This document shows, in pieces, positions 1-10,900 of a stretch of 64,000 bases of DNA. The position numbers and the translations under genes were made by a program. Within the stretch, counting starts at the first letter, position 1. Every line of letters starts with the position of its first letter. Source of the stretch: Utricularia gibba (lineage: Eukaryota > Plantae > Magnoliophyta); NCBI GenBank assembly GCA_002189035.1, contig NEEC01000017.1, forward strand, positions 62,001 to 126,000, read 5' to 3'. The notes under the pieces were generated by a model. It did no database searches, was not told where the DNA came from, and was given only the letters and a program-made list of their open reading frames with translations.

Positions 1-171
1 TAGTTCCGTCACGGTTGTACAATCTCCACCGTGTGACGGGTAGGTGGGATTCCGCGTAGAGTATTCAATCAACTATTTCAAGTGTTCATTTTTGACCCAT
101 CACAGCTGTGGGTAGCAGCAATGGAAGGAACGTAACCGGTACTCTCAAGTCTTGCCTATGCGGTGCATGCA

Positions 172-763
172 TCAATCATCGTCATCCTCCACACAGTTGA
201 CTCTTTCGCACTCATCCACCCACTCGCTGTATCTGTAGACAAGGTTTCGTAAATAACAAGATTAAACATGCGGTTTGTTTATTTATTTGTTAAAGCGACT
301 CCTTCGTCATGTAGCTGCAAGCACTTACATGTCTATAGCCTCAGAGAGTGCTGCAGAGAGAACGAGGAAGCAAGGTTATTCACTCAGGCAGCGTAATCAA
401 GAAACAAATATTAAATACTTTTGCTGCGGTGAAAGAGCAACAAAGAGAGAGACATGTGATGTTCATTTCAGCATACAGTTTACGGAGGTGCTGAAGCTTT
501 CTTGGCATATCCGACAGGACGCCTCCCCGATCAAGTTCTTCATGTCACTGAAATAAGAAGATCATATTATCATCATCATTTTCGAGCTCCAGGCACCATT
601 CTTTGCGCATGATATTATGGATATGTCAAGGTAATATGGGTACTAATTACATGCGGCATTCGACGCTGGTGGCGTGGCTACAAAAGGGGCAACGAAACAC
701 AGAATCAAGTTTGTTCATCCTCTTCTTGGGTAGTGGCTTAGCCCTTGACTTTCTCTTCCCCAT
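172..763 (-). CDS. ELF1: Transcription elongation factor 1 homolog (Elf1/ELOF1 Zn-ribbon), 4 coding exons, 88 aa
   Basis: Manual splicing of exons 763-651, 547-477, 350-329, 232-172 (all GT-AG, 267 nt) gives MGKRKSRAKPLPKKRMNKLDSVFRCPFCSHATSVECRIDMKNLIGEASCRICQESFSTSVNSLSEAIDIYSEWVDECERVNCVEDDDD*. The CPFC..C..C zinc ribbon and DIYSEWVDEC motifs are typical of Elf1. Missed by the ORF track. Confidence 0.95.
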
Positions 764-1128
764 GCTCTGCAAATCTAGGCATTAGCCATAACATGAATAT
801 ATGGTTAGCTGTTAAACGCAAATTTGATCCAAGCGATTTCTTAATATCTACGCTTCCACAGGCATGCGACGACAACCCCTAGCTACAAGAAAAAGGGGGC
901 GGTCGATATCATCATTAAAGAGGCTTGGGAGACGCACGTCCAGACGCCCATAACACACCTAACCTAAAAGAGATCAAGGGGAGAGAAATGAGGAAACCTA
1001 ATCCGAAGTTGATCGCAAGAAACCAGGGAGGAATGAAGCAGGATCTACGCCGGAGCATGAAAGAGAGGCCAGTATTACGTACATGGATCTCCGTTTTTTT
1101 AGCTATTGGACCAATGGCTTCTTAATTC

Positions 1129-1149
1129 GGCCCATAGGCATGAAGCCCA
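1129..1149. promoter_or_regulatory. Two site-II-like elements (GGCCCA, AGCCCA) in the divergent ELF1/kinase intergenic region
   Basis: GGCCCA at 1129-1134 and AGCCCA at 1144-1149 match the plant site II (TGGGCY) consensus. Short motifs, function unproven. Confidence 0.3.
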
Positions 1150-1868
1150 GCAGAGAGCATCTACGCGCATTTTTGTAATCATGGACGCGGAGCGCTAGCT
1201 AAAATTATTCAAAACAACCCAGCAGGCAGCAGATAAAGAGAATCTTGATTTTGTGCGTTGTTTCTTGAAAGGGAACGCTCTAAATCCTTGTCTTTCTTTT
1301 AAAATCCAAGTGTGTGGCGTGCGCGACTCTTTCATGGGTGAGCGAGCATATAGGAAGGATACCATCTAATAGGTAATACCAAGAAGGGTCAACCTTAACA
1401 GCTAAACAATCCAGTTGCTCTAGAAGAGTCGGATCCGGATCCGGAGCGGGAGCGGGTGCCTGTTAGAGAAAGAGAGAGGGACTGGGAGGGACCAAAAGGA
1501 ATCTTGTTGATGTGGGAGGCGGGCCCTCGTGTATTAAAAGGGGGGGCATCCGGTCTGCTTTCCATGTTTGAAGCCCATTAAAGTTACCACCAACTCTCAT
1601 CAAGACCCCATCCATCCATCTGCCTTCCACTTTCCTGTTTCCAGTCAGTCAGCCCCCCTCCCCTTAACTCGAGGTTTATTCCAATTCCAATTCCATTTTC
1701 CCATTCACATCACCCGCCGCTCTTTCAATGCCCACAAACGCCACCGCACTCATCGCTCCGCTTCGCACACCAACATCGAATTGGAACAAGAATCGTCGCA
1801 ACTGAAGCTTCATCTCTCCCATTCCCACTCTCCTCTCTCTCTGGGGTTTTTTTCATTCCTTTTGGTTC

Positions 1869-3245
1869 ATGGGTTGGTTTTCTTGCTCCGCTGAATCCGC
1901 CGTCGCAACCTGCGATTCCCAAAACTGGGAGCTTTTGATCGCCAGGAGCAGACAAGATGACAAACGACGCCCCTTCCAGATCACCGAATTCTCTTTTGCA
2001 GATCTTTGTTCCGCAACGGATGCCTTTTCCGCCAGGAATCTACTAGGGAAGGGCAGCCATGGCTCCGTTTACAGAGCTCAACTAGGAAGCCACCTAGTTG
2101 CCGCAGTGAAGAGGACGAAGCAGCAACCCCATCTCACTGAAACCGCTAATAACGAGGTAGACATTCTATCCAGAATTTATCATCCAGGGCTAGTCAACTT
2201 AATCGGTTTCGCCGTCGATCCCACCAACCGGAAACTCATCGTGGTGGAGCACATGCCCAATGGATCGCTGTACGATCTCCTGCACTGCCCCTCCGTTAAG
2301 CCTCCGGGATGGGTTAAGAGGGCTCGATTCGCGCTGCAGATTGCCAGGACTCTTAATTTTTTGCATTCATCCAGTCCGCCCGTCATTCACCGCGACATTA
2401 AATCCTCCAACGTTTTAATAGACTCCAGATACAACTCCCGAATCAGCGACTTCGGTTTGGCACTTAGAGGAAACGTGGAAGACGTGAGGATGAGGAGCAC
2501 TCCGCCGGCGGGAACGCTGGGATACCTCGATCCCGGCTACCTTGCGCCGGGGGATATCAGCACCAAATCCGACGTCTTTAGTTTCGGAATCCTCCTGCTG
2601 GAGATCATCAGTGGAAGGAACGCCATAGACCTCAACTACAGTCCACAGTCGGTGGTTGAATGGGCAGCGCCATTGATACAATCCGGTAATATCCCCTGGA
2701 TCTATGACCCTCGGTTGGCCCCCCCAGACGACGACGAGGCCCTCCAACAAATGGCAGTTCTGGCAGAAAGTTGCGTGATATCAAAGGCCGTGAATCGGCC
2801 GACGATGGCGGAGGTGGTGGCAACTCTGAACAAGTTGTACCAGCGCTTGAGAAGGCAATCCCAGTTGCGGAGGTGCGTGAGTTTCGGGAGGCGCGTTGAG
2901 AGCGTGGTGAAGGAATCTCGTGTGACCCAGTTCCATTACCAGCCACTCCCAGTCGAGGACGTGTCCCGTAAGTCAGGCGGTGGCCGGAGGAGCGGGAAAG
3001 TGTCATCCAGTACGAGGACTAGGGCAGAGTGCGACGCAGCTGGCGGTGGCTTTACTAGTGCGAGTATTGCAAGGTCCAAATCAACCGGGGCAGCGGGCAC
3101 CACATCGACACCTAGAAGCAATCAGGCGGCTCCCGCTGATCAACGGTGCATGGCCGTAGGTAGCAGCGAGAAGAATAAGATGACCAGAGCGACACTGCGT
3201 AAATCCAGGTCAACGGGGTTCTACATGGGAAGACGATACTACTAA
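1869..3245 (+). CDS. Receptor-like cytoplasmic Ser/Thr kinase (RD kinase, CR4-related/At3g51990-like), single exon, 458 aa
   Basis: Intact motifs GKGSHG, AAVKR, HRDIKSSN, DFGLA, PPAGTLGYLDP, DVFSFG. N-terminal MGWFSC suggests myristoylation/palmitoylation. No transmembrane or ectodomain; S/T/R-rich tail. Subfamily assignment from memory. Confidence 0.92.
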   Translation: MGWFSCSAESAVATCDSQNWELLIARSRQDDKRRPFQITEFSFADLCSATDAFSARNLLGKGSHGSVYRAQLGSHLVAAVKRTKQQPHLTETANNEVDILSRIYHPGLVNLIGFAVDPTNRKLIVVEHMPNGSLYDLLHCPSVKPPGWVKRARFALQIARTLNFLHSSSPPVIHRDIKSSNVLIDSRYNSRISDFGLALRGNVEDVRMRSTPPAGTLGYLDPGYLAPGDISTKSDVFSFGILLLEIISGRNAIDLNYSPQSVVEWAAPLIQSGNIPWIYDPRLAPPDDDEALQQMAVLAESCVISKAVNRPTMAEVVATLNKLYQRLRRQSQLRRCVSFGRRVESVVKESRVTQFHYQPLPVEDVSRKSGGGRRSGKVSSSTRTRAECDAAGGGFTSASIARSKSTGAAGTTSTPRSNQAAPADQRCMAVGSSEKNKMTRATLRKSRSTGFYMGRRYY

Positions 3246-3471
3246 CCGTCAACCGGGGTGGTGAGTCGACACCACTCACCCGTGGTTGAAATTTAAAAAA
3301 ATGTGGATTTTAGATCACAAACAATGAATATTGCTTTTAATCTGGTTGATGGTCAAGGGAAGATTAAACGCTCATCACATTCAACACTAATTGAAAACGC
3401 TTACAACAAATCCCTTCGACTTCAATAGTTGGAGTTGGGTTCCTGCGTGCCGTGCCGTGCCGTGACAGCGG

Positions 3472-5199
3472 TCATGATCCTTCAACAGCAGTCAGCTTTT
3501 TCTTACGCTGGCGATTTTTCCGCTTCTCCTTGAGCCTTGTCAAATCCTTTACATACTTTTCCCAGTGCATTCTGTTTTTATGGTAAAGCACCATAGCTGC
3601 GCGTGCATCTTGTATCTGAAATGAAATCAAATGATATGGTTTTGTTTTTAATACCCACCACCATCATCTAATCGAAGCAGAGTCCAGCAGAACAGTTCCA
3701 AACCAAGTAAAAAATTACCGGACAATGCTCGCCGATTTGGATGTCAACACCGAGGAACTCTGCAGCAAGATTCTTGAGAGAACGACTTCGCCCATTCCTA
3801 GCCATCGAAACATTTCACTATTTACAAAATCCAAATTCATCAGAAAGGCCAAATATGTGTGTACCTTAGGAACGGTGGGTACCCAGATGTATCTCGTATA
3901 TCCTTCTTGGGATGACTAAGCATCAGTGCCTAGCATCATCCATTAGCACAAACTGTAACACCTGATCAAAACGCTAACTCTTAACGTAAAGGTTGTGGAC
4001 ATTTGTAAAAGTACTTTAAGATCATTGTGCAGTGCATGGCCTACGAGGACCTTGCCCTTGATCATCTCGGACACTTTCTTCTGGACATGGCTAAACTTCA
4101 TAGCTGTCACCAACAATCCAGAGGGAATATTTAGGCTTGGAACACAATCAGGCACAGGTATTGTAGTTTTCTTTCGGGACTGTTGAGGAAAAATAGACAT
4201 TACTTACCCTTCCGTAAGTGCCGTGGTCGAATACCGCTAACTCCCGTGCGGAAGTCTACTACATCCTCCAGAGGCCGCACATATTCATCAATTAAGACAT
4301 TACCATATTTGTTTACCTGTGCAATGATGGGGAAAGTGAATTACTAACAGAATGCAAGATTGTCCAGACTCAAACACAGCAAGAAAATACAGGCCTTTTC
4401 AAAAAGCATACGTTATTTTTTCACAGTAACGAAGCAGAGGTCTGCTAGTTAGCTTAACAAAACACCATAAACGATGGCATCACCAAAGCGACAATACGTT
4501 ACACTGCAACAGCTTATTCAGACAGAGGGCATTATCACAACAAATTTGGCAAAGAGAATAGTAACAATATGAAGGCATACAAGTGCAATTCTCCCAAGAG
4601 CACTTTTGTTTCCAAGCGAGCTGACGCCAACCATCTCGCAGTCCATAGCAACAGTATCCGTGAGACTGCAAAATCCGTCACTAACTAAGAGTTCAAACTA
4701 TGTAGATAAAGGAATTCAACCTAGGGAGGCCAGAAAATGTAAAATCAAAGGCACTAAAGCAAACACTTGACTTAAGCCCACCTGCTGTCAGAACAAGTGG
4801 GGATCAGAGGATTTGGTTTCACTGCATCAGAATCCTCTTCTCGCATACATTTTCGTTTCCCTTTGGTTACGAAAATCGAATCAAGTAAAAGCCACAATAA
4901 CATTCAAATCAAAATTTTGGTTCAACGACAAAACGTGCACTCATAAGAGAATTATAAGCAAGTGCGACATATAACCTAATATGATTGAGTCAACGTTCAT
5001 CCCCACGTCATGCCGGGGACCCTGGCTCACGGAACCATTGCTCCTCAGTTTCTGCAGAGCAAGCATCTGATCAGAGATGACAACACGAGAAAACGCCTAC
5101 ATCATCCGTCATAAGCAACACGATTCCGGAGAGAACCTGATGAAGTTGAACCCAATTTGGGTTGAGACATTTTCTAGGGTTTTTTGCTTCGTTGGACAT
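3472..5199 (-). CDS. REX4: RNA exonuclease 4 (DEDDh 3'-5' exonuclease), 9 exons, 262 aa
   Basis: Exons 5199-5137, 5051-4976, 4860-4782, 4665-4581, 4316-4208, 4103-4015, 3929-3865, 3797-3719, 3615-3472 (789 nt, phases consistent, GT-AG). Motifs AMDCEMVG, DFRTGVSGI, LVGHALHNDLK, EHCPIQDARAAM. Confidence 0.93.
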
Positions 5200-5420
5200 C
5201 CTTGCGACGGCTGTCTGGCATCCGGCGGCGTCCTCTCCTCTGTGTAACGGGCTTGATGTTATAAAACACTGGAGAGTCATATATGGGCTTCACGGATCTT
5301 GTCGTGTGGGGAACACACGTGTACGGTTGTAGACAGTACAGTATTATGATTTTGTTAAGGGGATTTTAATGACAAAATTATCATTTTATTCTTTGAAATT
5401 ACTATGTTTTTCATTTCTTT

Positions 5421-6560
5421 TGATGTTGATTCTGCAAGTGCACAAAAATCATCGAAGTAATAAAATAAGATCGTATTCATAGGGAATTATTATTAGAATT
5501 CTCTTTTCAAAACAAAGACTTAAAAAAGTTGAAAACAAAAAAAGATTTGGTTTTTGAAAACAATAAGAAAAGTGGATTTGGATCTAAAATCCATCTTACT
5601 TGAAATTCGCCATTTCATATGTGCAAACCTTGAAAACTGACTTGCTTGCGCAAGTTTTGAGGGTGTTATACTACAATATTGCTACTCGGTGACCATTATG
5701 GCACCGTCCCTTGTTTTGTGGGATTATAGAATCAATCACGCCACCAGAGTCATTTCACCTCTTGTGATAACCCATGTTTTCCCCACACCTAAATCTAACC
5801 CCTACACCTCACACCTCGTAGACAGATTAGACAGAATGTGCCTTACCAACGATATCCGATTGAGCCATTCTCCTTAGATGCTAAAAATCATGTTGGTAAA
5901 GAAAACGTTGCGAAAAACAGAATCAGAACTGAAATTAAATGTTAAAAAACATAGTAAGACAGTCACACGCGCAGAACTTGCATAAGCAAGGTTTCACAAC
6001 AGATCCTCAGCCGCAAGCACTCACATGCGCATGTTCGACTCTAAACAACAAAAGTTGATGGAAAACGAAAGTAAAGGAATCCAAAACATGCTAGACTCGA
6101 TTCTAAACCCTAAATTGACTCTCTGGTCATCCACCTTGACTAACTTTTGATCTTCACGTTTGGATCTTTATATAATGGTGGAGACTGATCGGGCTTTCTT
6201 AATGGGCTCACATCAAATCTTCTATTCGGATCTTCTAAGATTTGATACAAATCTTCTAGGATAAGATCCAACTTTTCTAAGATAAAATGCGAATCTTATC
6301 TTATCCGAGAATCTTTGACCGAATGTTCATCCAGATAGACCGAATCTTTGCCTCCATCAAAGTAGCTCGAAAATCCCCCAAATTATGCCAAAATTATCAT
6401 GAAAAATCACAAAACACACTTTCCCTCCAAAAAGATCAAAATTGTATGAAAGATATAAAATTCTTCTAAAAACATAAGAAAAGTAGGATAAAAAGAATGC
6501 AAAACCCATTTAAGTGAGTCTTAAAAAGCAAAAATATAAATGATACAAAATCACTTATCA
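5421..6560 (-). repeat. 3' LTR of Athila element A
   Basis: Direct repeat of ~13959-15120 with scattered substitutions and a ~55-bp indel (present at ~14403-14457 only). Abuts the PPT (GTGTGGGGGAGT on the minus strand). Confidence 0.93.
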
Positions 6561-6572
6561 ACTCCCCCACAC
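6561..6572 (-). promoter_or_regulatory. Polypurine tract (3' PPT); a second, internal PPT lies at ~7782-7795
   Basis: Plus-strand actcccccacac directly next to the LTR; ttcccccccacacttaaa-type copy just downstream of integrase. Confidence 0.85.
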
Positions 6573-7904
6573 TTAAATGTTTGCTTGTCCTCAAGCAATT
6601 GTTCAAGGCATTTTCCTTCAAAATAGTAACTTGCAAATATAGTTAAGGCAACAATATGCCTAAGTTGTTCAATGGCATACCATACCCTAGCCCCCCTTGC
6701 ACGTAGCTACTCTTCACATGTGTCACTCAATACGCTCAAGAAGAGAAATCCATAAGAGGGTAAGATTAAAAAGGTTCACTCAATACCTGAATGTAGGCGA
6801 GTCAGTGAACTTGCGCAAGTGATCTACCAGTTTCAGCAGGCTTGTGCAATCATGAGGTCTTTTTTTTTCGGGTTGTAGCGCGCAGGAGATTGAGACAGGT
6901 GGGAAATTCGGTTGGAGGCTTCATTTCATGGGTAATAAGGAGTGAACATCCATCAAACAGTTCTGCCATGCTTGTCCTTTGATTTTCGTACTCCAATAAA
7001 CTCCTCTTTCAGTTTTATGGCTTGTTCCAATCTTTCACTCTCTTTTCTCTCTTCTTCTCATCTTCTTCTTCTCTTTTTCTTTTTTTTTCTTCTCTTTTTT
7101 TTTTTAAATCAACTCTCTTTTGAACAAGATGTTATTGAAAATCCTTTCATAAATTGTTGAGCTAGAGCTTGATCAGTGAATTAAAAATTGCTCTCAACTT
7201 TTCTTCTTTGTAATAGAGCTCCTGGTTCTACAACTTGCGCAAGCAAACGAATAGAACTATTTTCCAGATGCTCATTCCTTGGGTCAAGAGAAATTGATGT
7301 AGGCTATAATTGACAAAACGGATTTGGCTTCTAATGTGGGGATCCAAATAAAAGCTTTTAGGCCAAGCGGGTCTCACTAAGTGGATTCATGGTGGGATAT
7401 TGGGATAAAACAAGGCAAATCCTAGTGCCTCAATCCTTTTGCACAAGACCTGTAGAATAACTCAGCAGTATGCACAAGAACAAGTCTATGATCATTCTAC
7501 ATTCAAGTCACTCATAATGAAAAGAGAATGATCTTCTCACCAAGAAACTAGGGCTATGTAGCTTGCGCAAGGAACACAAAGTAATCAGCATGCCAAGAAA
7601 CAACATAGCAACAAGCATACCAAAATTCTAATTTACAGCAATTATCTCGAAAAAATAATACCAAAAATAGATGTCTAAGTTCCAGCAAAACATAAAATGC
7701 AAGGAGTTGATCAATGAAATATATGCCAAATTTCAAAAAAAAATTTAAAGGTATAAAAAAAACAATCTAAAAAGTAAACTATTCCCCCCACACTTAAATA
7801 ACATCTTGTTCTCAAGATGGGCAGAAACACTTACCTTTCGTCAGGTGCTCTGATGTATCTAATAGTGTGGAATTTTTCATCAAAAGTATCCATTGCACCT
7901 GTGA

Positions 7905-10900
7905 TTATTGAAGAGAAGGAAGAAAAGAAAAACAATGCAAGAGAAAATCGAAAATAAAATAACTAAAAGGGAAATCGCTTGTTTTTGTGTGGCAAGAAGC
8001 AAACCATAGGTCTTTTTCATGAAGGTGGGGGTGGTTAGAGAGATCCACTGGAACATGCAATGTGTCCATGGAAGATTTTACCCCTTCATGAAACCGTTTC
8101 AATCTCTGAATATTTACTGTAAATTCTCCATGATCAGGATGAGTGATGAGGACTGCTCCACTGCGGTAGATTTTCTTGATGGTGTATGATCCACGCCATC
8201 TGGACTTGAGCTTTCCTGGAAATAAACGAAAACGAGAATTAAATAACAAAACTGTGTCACCTTCTGCCAAGCCTTCGTTTGTTCCTTGTACAGTTTTGCA
8301 TTTTCGTAGGCACTCATCCTTAGCTCGTCCAACTCTTGGAGTTGCAAGATCCTTTGCTCTTCAGTAGCCTTGGCATCCAAATTTAATTCTTTGATAGCCT
8401 AATATGCCTTTTGCTCTAATTCCACAGGCAAGTGACAAGCTTTCCCATAAACCAAACGATAAGGGGAGGTCCCTTAGGGAGTCTTATACGCTGTGCGATA
8501 AGCCCATAAAGCATCAGTTAATTTGATTGCCCAATCCTTGCAGGTTTTGCCCACCGTACGCTCCAGAATCCCGTTCAATTCCCTGTTAGTTACCTCCACT
8601 TGTCCGTAGGTTTGTGGGTGATATGGGGTTGATGCCCTGTGTCCTACTCCATACTTGCGCAAGAGCTTCCGGAATTCTCTTTCAATGAATTGTTTTCCTC
8701 CATCACTTATGACATATCTTGGCGCACCAAACCTGGGTAGAATGATCTTTTCGAAGAGCTTAATTACAGCTCTTGTATCAGCTGCTGGAACCACGATAGC
8801 TTCTGCCTATTTTGAGACATAATCCACCACCACAAGAATTTGAGTGTTGCCATATGAAGATGGAAAGGGTCCCATAAAATCCAGCCCCCAAACATCGAAA
8901 ATTTCCACCTCCAGGATATATGTCATGGGTCCTTCATCTCTCCTGAAAATAAAACCCGCATGCTGACATGGTTCGCATGCTTGAACAAATGCCCTCACAT
9001 CATGATTCATGGTGGGCCAATAAAATCCAAATTCAAGAATTTTGAAGAGTGTTTTTGATGCTGCTAGATGCCCTCTATATGGTGATGAATGGTAATGCCA
9101 AATAACATCCCTTACCTCCTCTGGTGGTAGGCATCTTCTGATAATCCCATTAGCACAACGTTTGAAAAGCAGAGGTTCTTCCCAGAAATAATGCCTCGCT
9201 TGCGCAAGGAAGCGCCTCCGCTGGTTGAAGTTTAGATTCTGGGGCAAGACTCCTCCAACGAGATAATTGACAAAATCATCATACCATGGTAGATTGCCGT
9301 CTTGGATAACAAGGATACGTTCTGTGGGGAAAGAATCATTAATGGGCAACTCCCCACACTTGTTTCAAGCTATAGGCATGACAAATGATCAGCTACTCCA
9401 TTTTCCTTGCCCTTCTTGTCACGAATTTCAAAATCAAATTCTTGGAGAAGTAGTATCCATCTTATCAACCTGGGTTTCGATTCCTGCTTGCTCAAAAGAT
9501 ATTTTAAGGCAGCATGATCCGTGTGAACAATTACCTTTGCACTCAGCAAGTAGGACTTGAATTTTTCAATGGCAAACACAATTGCCAGCAACTCCTTTTT
9601 TGTGGTTTTGTAGTTCATTTAGGCTATATTGAGAGTTTTGTTGGCATAATAAATCACATGAATTACCTTGTCTTTTTTCTGTCCAAGAACAGCCCCTACA
9701 GCACAATCACTTGCATCACACATCAGTTCAAATGGCAAGGTCCAATCTGGTGGTTGAAGAATGAGTTCAGTGATAAGAGCTTGCTTCAGCGTGTTGAAGT
9801 CATGCACACATTCTGCATCAAAACAAAAATTCGTGTCTTGTGCAAGTAGCGCTGTTAGTGAGCGAGAAATGTGAGAAAAATTAACCATAAATCTCCTATA
9901 AAATCCTACATGCCCCACGAAGATTTTGATCCCTTTTACCGTAGTTGGTGCTGGTAATTTTTCAATCACCTCGATTTTTGCTGGATCTACTTGAATGCCT
10001 TTAGAAGAAATGTGATGTCCAAGCACAATGCCTTCTTCAATCATAAAATGACATTTCTCCCAATTGAGTACCAAGTTGCACTCAATACACCTTTCCAAAA
10101 TGATGCCTAAGTACTGCAAACATGAATCTAAATCAGTCCCATAAATAGATATATCATTCATAAATACCTCGATGATCTTCTCCACGTGTTCTGAAAAAAA
10201 TGACTGTCATGCATGTTGAAGAGTTCTAGGAGCATTGCACAAACTGAATGGCATTCTCTTGTATGCAAAGGTGCCAAAAGGACAAGTAAATGTGGTCTTG
10301 TGTTGATCTTCCGAATGAATTGGAATCTGAAAATATCTGAAATAACCATCAAGGAAACAATAGAAAGCTTGGTTACTTAACCTTTCCAGAATTTGATCAA
10401 TAAATGGCAATGGGTAATGATCCTTTCTAGTGGCATCATTGACTTTCCGAAAATCTATACACATCCTCCAGCCAGTGACCTTGCGCAAGGGGATGAGGTC
10501 TCCCTTCTCGTTTTGTGTCACTGTCATGCCTCCTTTTTTTGGTACGTAGTGTATTGGGCTAACCCATTGGCTATATGAAATAGAGTAGATGATCTCAGCA
10601 TCTAGTAATTTTAGAATTTTTTTTTTAATCACCTCCTTTAGCATAGGATTTGCCTGCCTTTGTGGTTGCACAATTGGTCTTGCCTCAGCTTCCAAATAAA
10701 TCCGATGAGTGCAGAATTGAGGGTGAAGCCCTTTCAAGTCATCCAAGGTGTACCCAATGGTTTGTCGGCGCTTGCGCAAGACATCCAGCAGCATTTGGGT
10801 GTGGTATTCACTCAATCCTGCGTTCACAATCACTGGGTAAGTGTGATATTCCTCAAGAAATTCGTACCTCAATGATGGTGGCAGCTTCTTCAACTCAATT

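Noticed and set aside
275-556. 93-aa plus-strand ORF (also 603-785)
   Set aside because: Antisense shadow of the spliced ELF1 gene.
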